Origin: Patescibacteria group bacterium
GTDB taxonomy: Bacteria > Patescibacteriota > Patescibacteriia > Patescibacteriales > UBA12465
Direction of reading: 5' to 3'
NCBI GenBank assembly: GCA_041671365.1
Contig: JBAZBP010000001.1
Location: forward strand, 116,459-180,458
Length of the DNA: 64,000 nucleotides
Positions 16,573 to 25,858 of this stretch are shown here, piece after piece. Position numbers and translations under genes: made by a program. The stretch's first letter is position 1. The number at the start of each line of letters is the position of its first letter. Below the pieces are notes generated by a model, which saw nothing but the letters and a program-made list of their open reading frames with translations, was not told the origin of the DNA and ran no database searches.

Positions 16573-17916
16573 ATGAAAAAGTTAGTTTTATCATTATGTT
16601 TAATAGTTTTAATATTACCCTTGTTGGTTGGTGCTTTAAAATCTCAAGCGCAAATTAGTCCCGATCAATCTCTACAAACAGAAAAAACTCGGTTAGAACA
16701 GCAATTACGCGATATTGAAAGACAAATTGTTCAGAATGAACAATCTCTGTCTCAAGTACAATCGCAAAAAAATACTTTAGCCAATAAAATTAGACAACTT
16801 GGCTTGCAAAGAGCTGGACTCGTTTTAAAAATTAAAGCCCTGTCGGTTAATCTGGATCATTCCACTGTTCAGTTAACGCAAGTTCAATTTCAGATTGAAC
16901 AAAATCAGCAGAAAATTTTAACCTTACAGCAACACTTAGCCACAATTATCGATGAATTGTGGAGAACTCAGCAGTTTTCTTTATTTAATTTATTATTGTC
17001 TATTAATAGTTTCGCCGATTTTTATAACGGTATACGGAATTTAGAGAGTGTTAGCGTCAACATAAATAAATTATTGCAATCTTTGCGGGATCAGAAAAAT
17101 CAATTACAGCGAAACAGGCAATTACTTGTTGATGAAAGAGAAAAGCAACAAAATTTTGCGGTAATTATTAATTTGCAGAATTCTCAGGTAGCGAAAAATA
17201 TTCAGGACCAAAATAATTTATTAGCGCAGACCAAGGGCCAGGAGTCAAATTATCAAATACTCCTAAAACAAAACAAACAACGAGCAGTCGCTATTCGTAA
17301 TCGAATTTATAGCTTGGCCACCGTCGGTGTTGCTAGCCAAATTACCTTTGGCCAGGCTGTGCAAATAGCCCAAGCGACTTCCGGACAAACAGGAGTGCGC
17401 GCCGCGTTATTGTTGGCTGTTTTAACCCAGGAATCTAATTTGGGTCGTAATGTCGGGACTTGTAATCGTCAGGGGGATCCGCCCAGTAAAAGCTGGAAAG
17501 TCGTTATGAGTCCTAGCCGAGATCAAGGTCCGTTTATTCAGATAACTAAAGAATTAGGATTAAATATTAATATTACGCTCGTTTCTTGCCCGATGCACGA
17601 TAAAAATGGTAAACAGCTGGGTTGGGGCGGAGCAATGGGACCGGCACAATTTATTCCTTCTACTTGGTTAGGTTATAAATCGGCCATAGCGGCCATCACT
17701 GGTCGCACCGCCAATCCTTGGGATATTCGCGATGCTTTTTTAGCGGCCGGTTTGAAATTAAAAGCCGATGGTGCCGCTACGCTTAGTGGTGAATGGGCGG
17801 CGGCGATGCGTTATTTTTCCGGCTCCACTAATCCGGTTTATAGTTTTTATGGTGATAGCGTTATAGCGACCGCGACCCAATATCAAAATGATATTAATGA
17901 GTTAAATAGTAAATAA
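16573..17916 (+). CDS. Secreted coiled-coil protein with C-terminal SLT-like lytic transglycosylase domain
   Basis: Signal peptide and a Q-rich coiled coil of about 230 aa. C-terminal LTQESNLG…GPAQFIPSTW…AAMRYFSG matches the SLT family (E-S, GxxQ, AYNAG-like). Confidence 0.55.
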   Translation: MKKLVLSLCLIVLILPLLVGALKSQAQISPDQSLQTEKTRLEQQLRDIERQIVQNEQSLSQVQSQKNTLANKIRQLGLQRAGLVLKIKALSVNLDHSTVQLTQVQFQIEQNQQKILTLQQHLATIIDELWRTQQFSLFNLLLSINSFADFYNGIRNLESVSVNINKLLQSLRDQKNQLQRNRQLLVDEREKQQNFAVIINLQNSQVAKNIQDQNNLLAQTKGQESNYQILLKQNKQRAVAIRNRIYSLATVGVASQITFGQAVQIAQATSGQTGVRAALLLAVLTQESNLGRNVGTCNRQGDPPSKSWKVVMSPSRDQGPFIQITKELGLNINITLVSCPMHDKNGKQLGWGGAMGPAQFIPSTWLGYKSAIAAITGRTANPWDIRDAFLAAGLKLKADGAATLSGEWAAAMRYFSGSTNPVYSFYGDSVIATATQYQNDINELNSK

Positions 17917-18002
17917 ATATTTTGCCCGCTTTAAGTCGCTTGTTTGGTTTTTAATTATTGACAATACCAGTTAGTTGCGTTAGCATAAGATACGATAAAA
18001 AT

Positions 18003-18944
18003 ATGCTTAAAAAAAAATTATTGATTATAATCGGCGGTTTAATTTTTCTGGTTTTATTGGCATTAATTATAGCGATGAATTTTTTGTCGACGGTAAAACC
18101 ACTCTTAACCGGACAAGCGGATAAAATCAAAGTGACCGCCAGTTTTTATCCTTTGTATTTTTTTGCTGGTGTAATTGGCGGTCAACGGGCAATAGTAAGC
18201 AATATTACACCAGCTGGTACTGAACCTCATGATTACGAACCAACGGCGGCCGACATGATACAAATTGAAACTAGCCGGTTATTAATATTGAATGGCGGTG
18301 GCTTGGAAACGTGGACTCAAAATATCAAGCAAAATATTAATTTCCGACAGACGTTAGTGATTAGGGCGGGTGAAAATTTAACTAATCAAGGAATAAATAA
18401 AAATAATCAGGAAATTGTTGATCCGCACGTTTGGCTGAGTCCGGTTTTAGCTCAGCAAATGGTTGATAAAATTACTCGTGGTTTTATTGCTGTCGATCCG
18501 GCTAATCAGATTTATTATCAAGCTAATGCCGATAAACTTAAGATTCAATTAACTCAGTTAGACGAAGAATATGTTCGCGGTTTAAGCCATTGCTCTCATC
18601 AGGATATTGTCACGGCTCATGCGGCTTTTGCTTATTTAGCCTTCCAATATCATTTTAATCAATTGCCAATTGCCGGTTTATCGCCTGAGGCCGAGCCGGC
18701 ACCGCAACAATTAATTAATATAATCCAGCTTGTTAAAAGTCGTCAAATAAAATATATATTTTTTGAAAGTTTGGTTAGCCCTAAATTGGCGCAGATGATT
18801 GCTCAAGAAGTAGGTGCTCAGACCTTAATTCTTAACCCCCTGGAAGGATTGACCGCTACTGAAGTAGCTCAAAATCAGAATTATTTTACGGTCATGCGCG
18901 CTAACTTAGTCAATTTACAAAAAGCCCTTGAATGCCAATTATAA
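18003..18944 (+). CDS. znuA: Zinc/manganese ABC transporter substrate-binding protein (ZnuA/TroA family)
   Basis: Signal peptide MLKKKLLIIIGGLIFLVLLAL. TroA-like fold motifs. Upstream of znuCB. The ORF-track start at 17958 is probably the promoter -35 (TTGACA) in frame. Confidence 0.8.
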   Translation: MLKKKLLIIIGGLIFLVLLALIIAMNFLSTVKPLLTGQADKIKVTASFYPLYFFAGVIGGQRAIVSNITPAGTEPHDYEPTAADMIQIETSRLLILNGGGLETWTQNIKQNINFRQTLVIRAGENLTNQGINKNNQEIVDPHVWLSPVLAQQMVDKITRGFIAVDPANQIYYQANADKLKIQLTQLDEEYVRGLSHCSHQDIVTAHAAFAYLAFQYHFNQLPIAGLSPEAEPAPQQLINIIQLVKSRQIKYIFFESLVSPKLAQMIAQEVGAQTLILNPLEGLTATEVAQNQNYFTVMRANLVNLQKALECQL

Positions 18945-19720
18945 ACTATATGCCGTTTGTTGATCATAATAAAAATATTATTGAAGTTAATCATGTGTTC
19001 TTTTCTTATGGTACCAATACCGTTTTAATCGATGTAAATTTAGCTATTCATCGGGGTGATTATTTGGGAATTATTGGTCCCAATGGCGCCGGAAAAACAA
19101 CTTTATTTAAAATCATGCTCGGTCTTTTAACTCCAAAAAGTGGAACGGTTAAATTATTTGGTGTTGATATTCGCAATTTTCAAGATCATTTAAAGGTTGC
19201 TTATGTGCCGCAAAAGGCGTCAAACTTTGACGTTAATTTTCCGATAACCGTTAAAGAGGTGGTAGCCATGGGCCGTTATGCTAAAAAAGGATTATTTCAT
19301 AATCTGCAGGCAGAGGATAACAAAATAATTAGGAATTCTTTGGAGCAAGTAAAAATGCAAGAGTATGCCAATGTTTTAATCGGTGAACTGTCTGGGGGAG
19401 AAGTCCAACGAGTCTTTATTGCCCGGGCCTTAGCGGGTCAGCCGGAAGTTGTTTTTTTGGATGAACCGACGGCGGGCATCGATCAGAAATCGCAAGATGA
19501 TTTTTATGGCTTGTTAAAAGAATTAAATCAAAAAATGGGCTTAACTTTAGTTTTAATATCTCATGACATTGAAAGATTAACCAAAGAAGTAATGCATATC
19601 GCCTGCTTGGATCATAATTTAGTTTGTCATAATTCTCCCGAAGAGTTTCTTCGCGACAGCGATTCTTTAAACCTTGACGGGCAGAAGGTTAAGGTTATTA
19701 CCCATCATCATTATAATTAA
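18932..19720 (+). CDS. znuC: Zinc ABC transporter ATPase
   Basis: Walker A GPNGAGKTT, signature LSGGEVQR, His-rich C-terminus (…ITHHHYN). Confidence 0.85.
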   Translation: MPIINYMPFVDHNKNIIEVNHVFFSYGTNTVLIDVNLAIHRGDYLGIIGPNGAGKTTLFKIMLGLLTPKSGTVKLFGVDIRNFQDHLKVAYVPQKASNFDVNFPITVKEVVAMGRYAKKGLFHNLQAEDNKIIRNSLEQVKMQEYANVLIGELSGGEVQRVFIARALAGQPEVVFLDEPTAGIDQKSQDDFYGLLKELNQKMGLTLVLISHDIERLTKEVMHIACLDHNLVCHNSPEEFLRDSDSLNLDGQKVKVITHHHYN

Positions 19721-19734
19721 TTTTTCTTAATTAA

Positions 19735-20535
19735 ATGTTATTCGATGTTTTTCAATACAGCTTTATGGTTAGGAGTTTAATTGCCGGTTTGATTGTGGCG
19801 CTTATCGCGCCGCTTATCGGAATTTTTTTAGTACTGAAGAGATATTCTCTCGTGGCCGACACTCTTAGTCATGTTTCTTTGGCCGGGATTGCTTTGGGCT
19901 TATTTTTCGGGGTTAACCCCGCACTGACAGCTCTAGGGGCGACGGTAGTGGCGGCCGTGGGGATTGAAAAATTACGAAGTTCGAAAAAAATTTACGGGGA
20001 ATCGGCCTTGGCGCTATATCTTTCCGGCAGCTTAGCTTTGGCCATTGTGTTGCTTAGTTTGGCTCATGGCTTTAACGCCAATCTTTTTAGTTATTTATTC
20101 GGCAGTATAGTTATGGTCACAGTTGGCGATATTTATGAAATCGCTATTTTAGCGTTAATTGTTATTATAACATTGGTTGTCTTTTTTAAAGAATTGGTTT
20201 TTATTACCTTTGACGAAGAAGCGGCCCGAGTTAGCGGATTACCGTTGCGGCTGCTTAACTTTATTTTTATTATTCTGGCCGCCTTAACTGTTTCCTTGGC
20301 TGTCCCCATAGTTGGTATTTTGCTTATTGCCGCGCTTATCGTAATTCCGGCAGTAACAGCCTTGCAATTAAAAAAGGGCTTTGTCCCGACAATTATTTAT
20401 GCGGAAATTTTTTCGGTAGTTTCCGTTATTTCCGGGATATTTTTATCTTTTTATTTTAATTTGGCGACCGGCGGAACGATCGTTTTGCTTATGATCCTAA
20501 TTTTTTTGGCAGTTTTTATTAGTCGGCGTCGGTAA
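19735..20535 (+). CDS. znuB: Zinc ABC transporter permease
   Basis: About 8 TMs. ABC-3 family profile. Confidence 0.85.
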   Translation: MLFDVFQYSFMVRSLIAGLIVALIAPLIGIFLVLKRYSLVADTLSHVSLAGIALGLFFGVNPALTALGATVVAAVGIEKLRSSKKIYGESALALYLSGSLALAIVLLSLAHGFNANLFSYLFGSIVMVTVGDIYEIAILALIVIITLVVFFKELVFITFDEEAARVSGLPLRLLNFIFIILAALTVSLAVPIVGILLIAALIVIPAVTALQLKKGFVPTIIYAEIFSVVSVISGIFLSFYFNLATGGTIVLLMILIFLAVFISRRR

Positions 20536-20556
20536 GCGGAGATGATATAAATTTCT

Positions 20557-22581
20557 ATGTTCAAAGAGTTAAAAACAGAAAAATTTCTCAAAATTTTTAT
20601 TTTTACGGGTTTATTGTTTTTAGTTCTTATTATTTTTTCGCAGAAAATTGAATTTACCTCTATTGATCTGGGGCGACACTTGGAAAACGGAAAAATTATT
20701 TGGCAGAACCCTCAGGTTTTATTTACAAATTTTTACTCTTATACCGAAACTAATAACTTTTTCATTAACCATCATTGGTTGTCGGGAGTTATTTTTTATG
20801 GATTTTATTTGATTGGCGGTTATCAATTACTGTCTTTATTTAATATTTTATTGGCACTCGCAATTTTCGGGCTAACTTTTAATTTAGCCAGAAAAAAAAC
20901 AGGTTTTTATTTAAGCGGTTTTTTATCTTTACCGGTAATTTTTTTACTTAGCGAACGGGTAGAGATTCGTCCGGAAGCTTTTAGTTATTTATTTATTATT
21001 TTAACTTGGTCGATTATTACCTCCGTGGCGGCAGATAAAAATTTTCGTCGTTTAAATTGGTTAATTCCGCTTTTCTTGTTTTGGGTAAATCTCCATATCT
21101 ATTTTTTCATCGGCCTAGTTCTTGTCGGTTTTCAGGCGATGGCCGAATTTTTGCCACCATTTTTTCGAAACGCGGATAATTTAAAAAGTCGTCTGCTGGC
21201 CGGTTGGCTAGCGGCCCGACTCTGGATAAAAAGACTGGTAATATTAATTTTTGTTTGTTTATTAAATCCTAATACTTGGCGGGGATTATTTTATCCTTTT
21301 AATATTTTACACAATTATGGTTATGAGATTGCGGAGAATAAAACTATTTTCTATCTCGGCCATTTGATGATTAATTATAATTTTTTCATTTTTAAAAGCC
21401 TCTTGTTTTTAATGGTTTTTAGTTTAATTGCGGATTTCTTGATTACTAAAAAATTGCGACTTTTTTCTTTATTTTCGATAGTTTTTTTCTCGGTGCTGGG
21501 ATTGTTTGCTGCCCGCAATCTGGCTTTGTTCGGGTTGATATCCTTAGTTCTAATCAGTGATAATTTAGTGAGCTTGAAAGATTTTTTCCTGAGCCGACCG
21601 CCGCTTATAAAATTAGTTAGCCGCCGGCCGATCCGCTTGTATTTAGCCGGTATTTTACTTTTGCTTATTGTCAGTAGTTTTTTTTACTTGATAGCCAGCG
21701 CTTCTTATTCGTCTAGTTTTTTTAAGAGACCCTTGGGTTTAGATTTAAACGATGGTAGTGCGGATTCGGTGAAATTTTTTAAAGATAATCATCTTAGCGG
21801 GCCGATATTCAATAATTATGATATCGGCAGTGCTTTGATTTTTTGGCTTTATCCGCAGGAAAAAGTTTTTGTCGATAATCGTCCGGAAGCCTACAGTGAA
21901 AAATTTTTTAAAGATATTTATAAACCCCTGCAGACCGATCCGGCTCTCTGGCGAACCGTCAGCGCTAAATATAATTTTAAAACGATATACTTTTCTCATA
22001 CCGATTCTACTCCTTGGGCGCGTCAATTCTTGAGTTTTATTTTAACCGATGAAAATTGGTCTTTGGTTTACTTTGATCGTTATGCGGTTATCTTGGTTAA
22101 TAAAAAATTAACCGACCCGGCTATCGTCAAAAAATTGGCTCTAGATAATTTAGCTTTCCGGGATCGCTTGCGAGTTCTGGCAGCCGCCGCCGATTTAAGA
22201 GGTAAATTTAATTTAGCTTCTTTGGCGGAGGAGAATGGGCAGACCGATTTGGCCCAATCAATTTATCAAGATATTTTATTTGTTTATCCTGGTAATCAGC
22301 AGGCCTTGGTGGCCCTGGGATCTTTATATGCCGGCAGTCAAAGCAATATTGATCTGCAAATAGCCCTGACTTATTTTAATCGCGCTCGGGAATCCGGATA
22401 TCGGCTTCCGGGAATTTATAATCAAATCGCTTTAGTTTATTGGCGTTTGAATAATTATCAGAAAGCCGAAGACGCTTGGCGTTCGGCTTTAGATTTAGAT
22501 AAAAATGATTCGACTGCTTTATATTATTTACAACAGATTAAGTCGCTGCGGTTAGAGGGCAGGTTGCCGCTAGTTAAATAA
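20557..22581 (+). CDS. Polytopic membrane protein with C-terminal TPR repeats (possible GT-C-like glycosyltransferase)
   Basis: About 11 N-terminal TMs. C-terminal TPR-like repeats (…ALVALGSLYAGSQ…YNQIALVYWRLNNYQKAEDAWRSALDLD…). Confidence 0.35.
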   Translation: MFKELKTEKFLKIFIFTGLLFLVLIIFSQKIEFTSIDLGRHLENGKIIWQNPQVLFTNFYSYTETNNFFINHHWLSGVIFYGFYLIGGYQLLSLFNILLALAIFGLTFNLARKKTGFYLSGFLSLPVIFLLSERVEIRPEAFSYLFIILTWSIITSVAADKNFRRLNWLIPLFLFWVNLHIYFFIGLVLVGFQAMAEFLPPFFRNADNLKSRLLAGWLAARLWIKRLVILIFVCLLNPNTWRGLFYPFNILHNYGYEIAENKTIFYLGHLMINYNFFIFKSLLFLMVFSLIADFLITKKLRLFSLFSIVFFSVLGLFAARNLALFGLISLVLISDNLVSLKDFFLSRPPLIKLVSRRPIRLYLAGILLLLIVSSFFYLIASASYSSSFFKRPLGLDLNDGSADSVKFFKDNHLSGPIFNNYDIGSALIFWLYPQEKVFVDNRPEAYSEKFFKDIYKPLQTDPALWRTVSAKYNFKTIYFSHTDSTPWARQFLSFILTDENWSLVYFDRYAVILVNKKLTDPAIVKKLALDNLAFRDRLRVLAAAADLRGKFNLASLAEENGQTDLAQSIYQDILFVYPGNQQALVALGSLYAGSQSNIDLQIALTYFNRARESGYRLPGIYNQIALVYWRLNNYQKAEDAWRSALDLDKNDSTALYYLQQIKSLRLEGRLPLVK

Positions 22582-23259
22582 TTTTTCACTGATTAAAGTT
22601 TTTATGGCTAAAAGTCCGTCGCGGGCTTTTATTTTTTTTCCCTCCTTATAGCCTCGTCGGACGTAATGAATAGGAAATTCTTTTATATTATAGCCGGCTT
22701 TTAATAATTGGGCGGTAATCTCCGGCTCGATTTCAAAACGTCGCCCTGTTAATTTTATAGTTTTTAGGGCAGTTACGGGAATTAGTTTGAAGCAAGTTTC
22801 CATGTCGGTTAGTCGGCTGCCGAACAGAAGGTTGGTGAGCGTCGTTAAAAATTTATTAATGAGATAATGAAAACTGATTGTCGGTCGAGCTAGAAAACGC
22901 GAACCGTAAATTACAGTTCGCGTGTCTTTAGTAGAAAGCATTTGTGTTAATAAATAAACGATATCTAGCGCTTGATATTCCAAGTCGGCATCACAAATAA
23001 TAAAATAATCGCCTTTTATTTCTTCTAATCCGCGCTTAATCGCCGCCCCTTTGCCCTGATTACTTGCTTGGTCTATTAATTTAAAATCGTATTTTTTTTT
23101 CAATTCTTGGAGGATAGTTCGAGTGTTATCGGTTGAGCCGTCATTTATAATTAGCACTTCTTTATTGATGTTTAAATTAAAAATTATCGGCAGAGAGCCG
23201 GCCACAATATTTTCTTCGTTATAAATAGGCACAATAATTGATAATAATTTTTCCGCCAT
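22570..23259 (-). CDS. Family-2 glycosyltransferase (Dpm1/polyprenyl-phosphate sugar synthase-like)
   Basis: IVPIYNEENI, GKGAA, ICDADL motifs. No TM core. Confidence 0.75.
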   Translation of the reverse strand: MAEKLLSIIVPIYNEENIVAGSLPIIFNLNINKEVLIINDGSTDNTRTILQELKKKYDFKLIDQASNQGKGAAIKRGLEEIKGDYFIICDADLEYQALDIVYLLTQMLSTKDTRTVIYGSRFLARPTISFHYLINKFLTTLTNLLFGSRLTDMETCFKLIPVTALKTIKLTGRRFEIEPEITAQLLKAGYNIKEFPIHYVRRGYKEGKKIKARDGLLAIKTLISEKLFN

Positions 23260-23271
23260 AATAATCAGTCG

Positions 23272-25815
23272 TTAATTTTTAATAGCCATTTGTTTATAAA
23301 ATAATTGTTTGACTATCTCCATAACAATTAAATAGACTATAACGATTAAGAAGATGGCAACGAAAGCGGCCATCGGTAGAGGACTAAAACCGAAGAACCC
23401 CCCAATTCCTTTAAAAGTTAAAATGATACCAATTAATATCGCTCCTAAAGTACTGATTATTAAAGATTTACTAGGGCTTGATTGTAAAAAAGGAGTTTTT
23501 TGAGTTCTAATAATATAAATTACTAAAATTTGTGTGGCTAAAGATTCGACAAACCAGCCGGCTTGAAAGGTAGCGACATTAAAATGAAAAACACCATACA
23601 AAACATAGAAGGTTAAAAAATCAAAAATAGAGCTAATCGGCCCAAAGACTATCATGTATTTTTTAATAAAAGACATATTCCAGTGTTTTGGTTTTTTTAA
23701 ATATTCTAAGTCCACGTTGTCGGTGGGAATGGATAATTGGGCGCTGTCGTAAATAAAATTATTAAGTAATATTTGGCCGGCGGTCATTGGGAAAAAAGGA
23801 AGAAATAAGCTGGCACCGATCATTGAAAACATATTGCCAAAATTAGAACTCAGACTCATGAGCAGATATTTCATGGTATTGCCGAAGGATTTTCGTCCTT
23901 CCAGTATCCCCGCCATTAATTCTTTTAACCCTTTTTTCATGAGAATAATATCCGCCGTTTCCTTGGCTACATCTACGCCGTTATCGACCGAAATGCCGAC
24001 ATCGGCCGTTTTTAAAGAGGGAGCGTCATTAATACCGTCTCCCAGGTAGCCGACGATAGAACCGTTTCTTTTTAGTTCCATAATTATTTTTTCCTTTTGA
24101 CTGGGGCTAAGCCGAGCGCAGATTGTGGCATTTTTAACTTTTTTATAAACTTCTTCATCGGTCAAGCGATTTAAATCTAAATCCTCTCCCGTTATTATTC
24201 CGGTCACATTTAGGCCTAAATCGGCACAAATTTTTTTAGTGACCAGCGGGCTGTCGCCGGTTAAGATTTTAATCTCCACGCCGTGCTTTTTCATAAAAAT
24301 TAAGGTTTTTTCCACGTCGGCCTTAGGTGGGTCATAAAAAGCCATAAATCCTCTAAGGGTTAAATTGTTTTCTTCGTTTAGAGAATATTGTTCTTTTTCG
24401 TCGTCAAGAGTTTTTTCGGTAATTGCTAAAATTCTCAAACCTTCATTACTGAAATTATCGTATAAAGTTTGAGCTTGTTTTAAAATTTCCGGCGTTATTA
24501 ATATCCGTTTATCGTTAAAAAAATAATGAGTACAAATTTTAAAAATTTCTTCCGGAGCGCCCTTAGTGATCATGGTCAGGATACCTTCTTTTTTATAGAT
24601 AATTGAAGAACGTTTGCGATTAAAATCATAAGGCAGTTCTTTGATTTTGGTGTAGCCGCTTAATTCTATTTTTTGGTAATCTAGTATCGCTTGGTCTAAA
24701 ATACTTTTGATTCCGGTCTCAAAGTAGCCATTAATGTAAGCGTCTTTAAAAACGTTCGGAGATTCTTGACCGAAAATATCCACGTGTTTAATAACGGTAA
24801 TACGATCTTCGGTTAGAGTCCCGGTTTTATCGGTGCAAAGAATATCCATCGAGCCGAAAGTCGGAATAGCGTTTAATTTTTTTATTAAAACCCCCCCCTT
24901 AGCCATTCGAGTAGCGCTTTTAGCCATGTTAACGCTCATAATCATTGGCAGAAGTTCCGGGGTAACACCTACGGCCACGGCCAGAGAGAAGAGCAGGGAG
25001 TCTAATAGGCCTTTATGTAAAATAGCATTAATTAAGAAAATGCTAGCCACAATAAAGACAATAACGCGGATGATTAAAAAACCAAAATTATTTATCCCTT
25101 TTTCAAAAGCATTTTCTATTTCCGGTCGGGCGATTCTTTGGACGATGCGACCAAATTCGGTGTTTAGACCAATATTGGTCACTAAAAATTGACCAAAACC
25201 GGAAACAACATTGGTTCCTGAAAAAATAGCATTATTTTTATCCGCGTATTTTTCAACCGGCAAGCTTTCACCCGTTAAGCTCGCTTCGTTTAAGAAAAAG
25301 TCAGTAGCACTTATGATTTTACCGTCGGCCGGCACTATATCACCGGCCGCCAAATAGATTATATCGCCGGGTACGATATATTTGGTAGCTAACTCCTGTT
25401 TTTGGCTGTCGCGTAAAATTTCCGCTTTAATCGATAAACGATGAAGAATTTTTTCTACCGCCTGACTGGATTTATGTTCTTGATAAAAATTCAGAGAAAC
25501 ACTTAAAAAAATCATGGATAAAATAATAACCATGCTGCGCAGCTCTCCGGTTAATCCGGAAATAAGAGCGGCAATCATTAGGATAATAATTAAGGGATTT
25601 TTAAAGTAATTTAAAAATTTAATTAAAGTGTGTTGTTTTTTAGTGCCGGCTATCTCGTTATAGCCATTATCCTTTGAGCGTTTAATAGCTTCCGTGGTCG
25701 TTAGCCCCTGGATTTGCGAATTAACTAGAGTATAGATTTTTTCTATGGGAAGCGATTTTAAATCGACGGTTGTGATTTGAGGAATTTTCATAATAATAAA
25801 ACTTATTTTTGTCAC
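23272..25815 (-). CDS. P-type cation-transporting ATPase (MgtA/Ca2+-ATPase-like)
   Basis: TGES, DKTGTLT and GDGINDAPSLK motifs. 10 TMs. Confidence 0.85.
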   Translation of the reverse strand: MTKISFIIMKIPQITTVDLKSLPIEKIYTLVNSQIQGLTTTEAIKRSKDNGYNEIAGTKKQHTLIKFLNYFKNPLIIILMIAALISGLTGELRSMVIILSMIFLSVSLNFYQEHKSSQAVEKILHRLSIKAEILRDSQKQELATKYIVPGDIIYLAAGDIVPADGKIISATDFFLNEASLTGESLPVEKYADKNNAIFSGTNVVSGFGQFLVTNIGLNTEFGRIVQRIARPEIENAFEKGINNFGFLIIRVIVFIVASIFLINAILHKGLLDSLLFSLAVAVGVTPELLPMIMSVNMAKSATRMAKGGVLIKKLNAIPTFGSMDILCTDKTGTLTEDRITVIKHVDIFGQESPNVFKDAYINGYFETGIKSILDQAILDYQKIELSGYTKIKELPYDFNRKRSSIIYKKEGILTMITKGAPEEIFKICTHYFFNDKRILITPEILKQAQTLYDNFSNEGLRILAITEKTLDDEKEQYSLNEENNLTLRGFMAFYDPPKADVEKTLIFMKKHGVEIKILTGDSPLVTKKICADLGLNVTGIITGEDLDLNRLTDEEVYKKVKNATICARLSPSQKEKIIMELKRNGSIVGYLGDGINDAPSLKTADVGISVDNGVDVAKETADIILMKKGLKELMAGILEGRKSFGNTMKYLLMSLSSNFGNMFSMIGASLFLPFFPMTAGQILLNNFIYDSAQLSIPTDNVDLEYLKKPKHWNMSFIKKYMIVFGPISSIFDFLTFYVLYGVFHFNVATFQAGWFVESLATQILVIYIIRTQKTPFLQSSPSKSLIISTLGAILIGIILTFKGIGGFFGFSPLPMAAFVAIFLIVIVYLIVMEIVKQLFYKQMAIKN

Positions 25816-25858
25816 TAATATTATAGCATTATTTTTGAATATTTTGTGCCTAGAGATT

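Noticed and set aside
17958-18002. Extended N-terminus of ZnuA (MTIPVSCVSIRYDKN) from the ORF track.
   Set aside because: It begins with TTG inside a TTGACA -35 hexamer. The downstream ATG gives a canonical signal peptide, so the extension is most likely untranslated promoter sequence.
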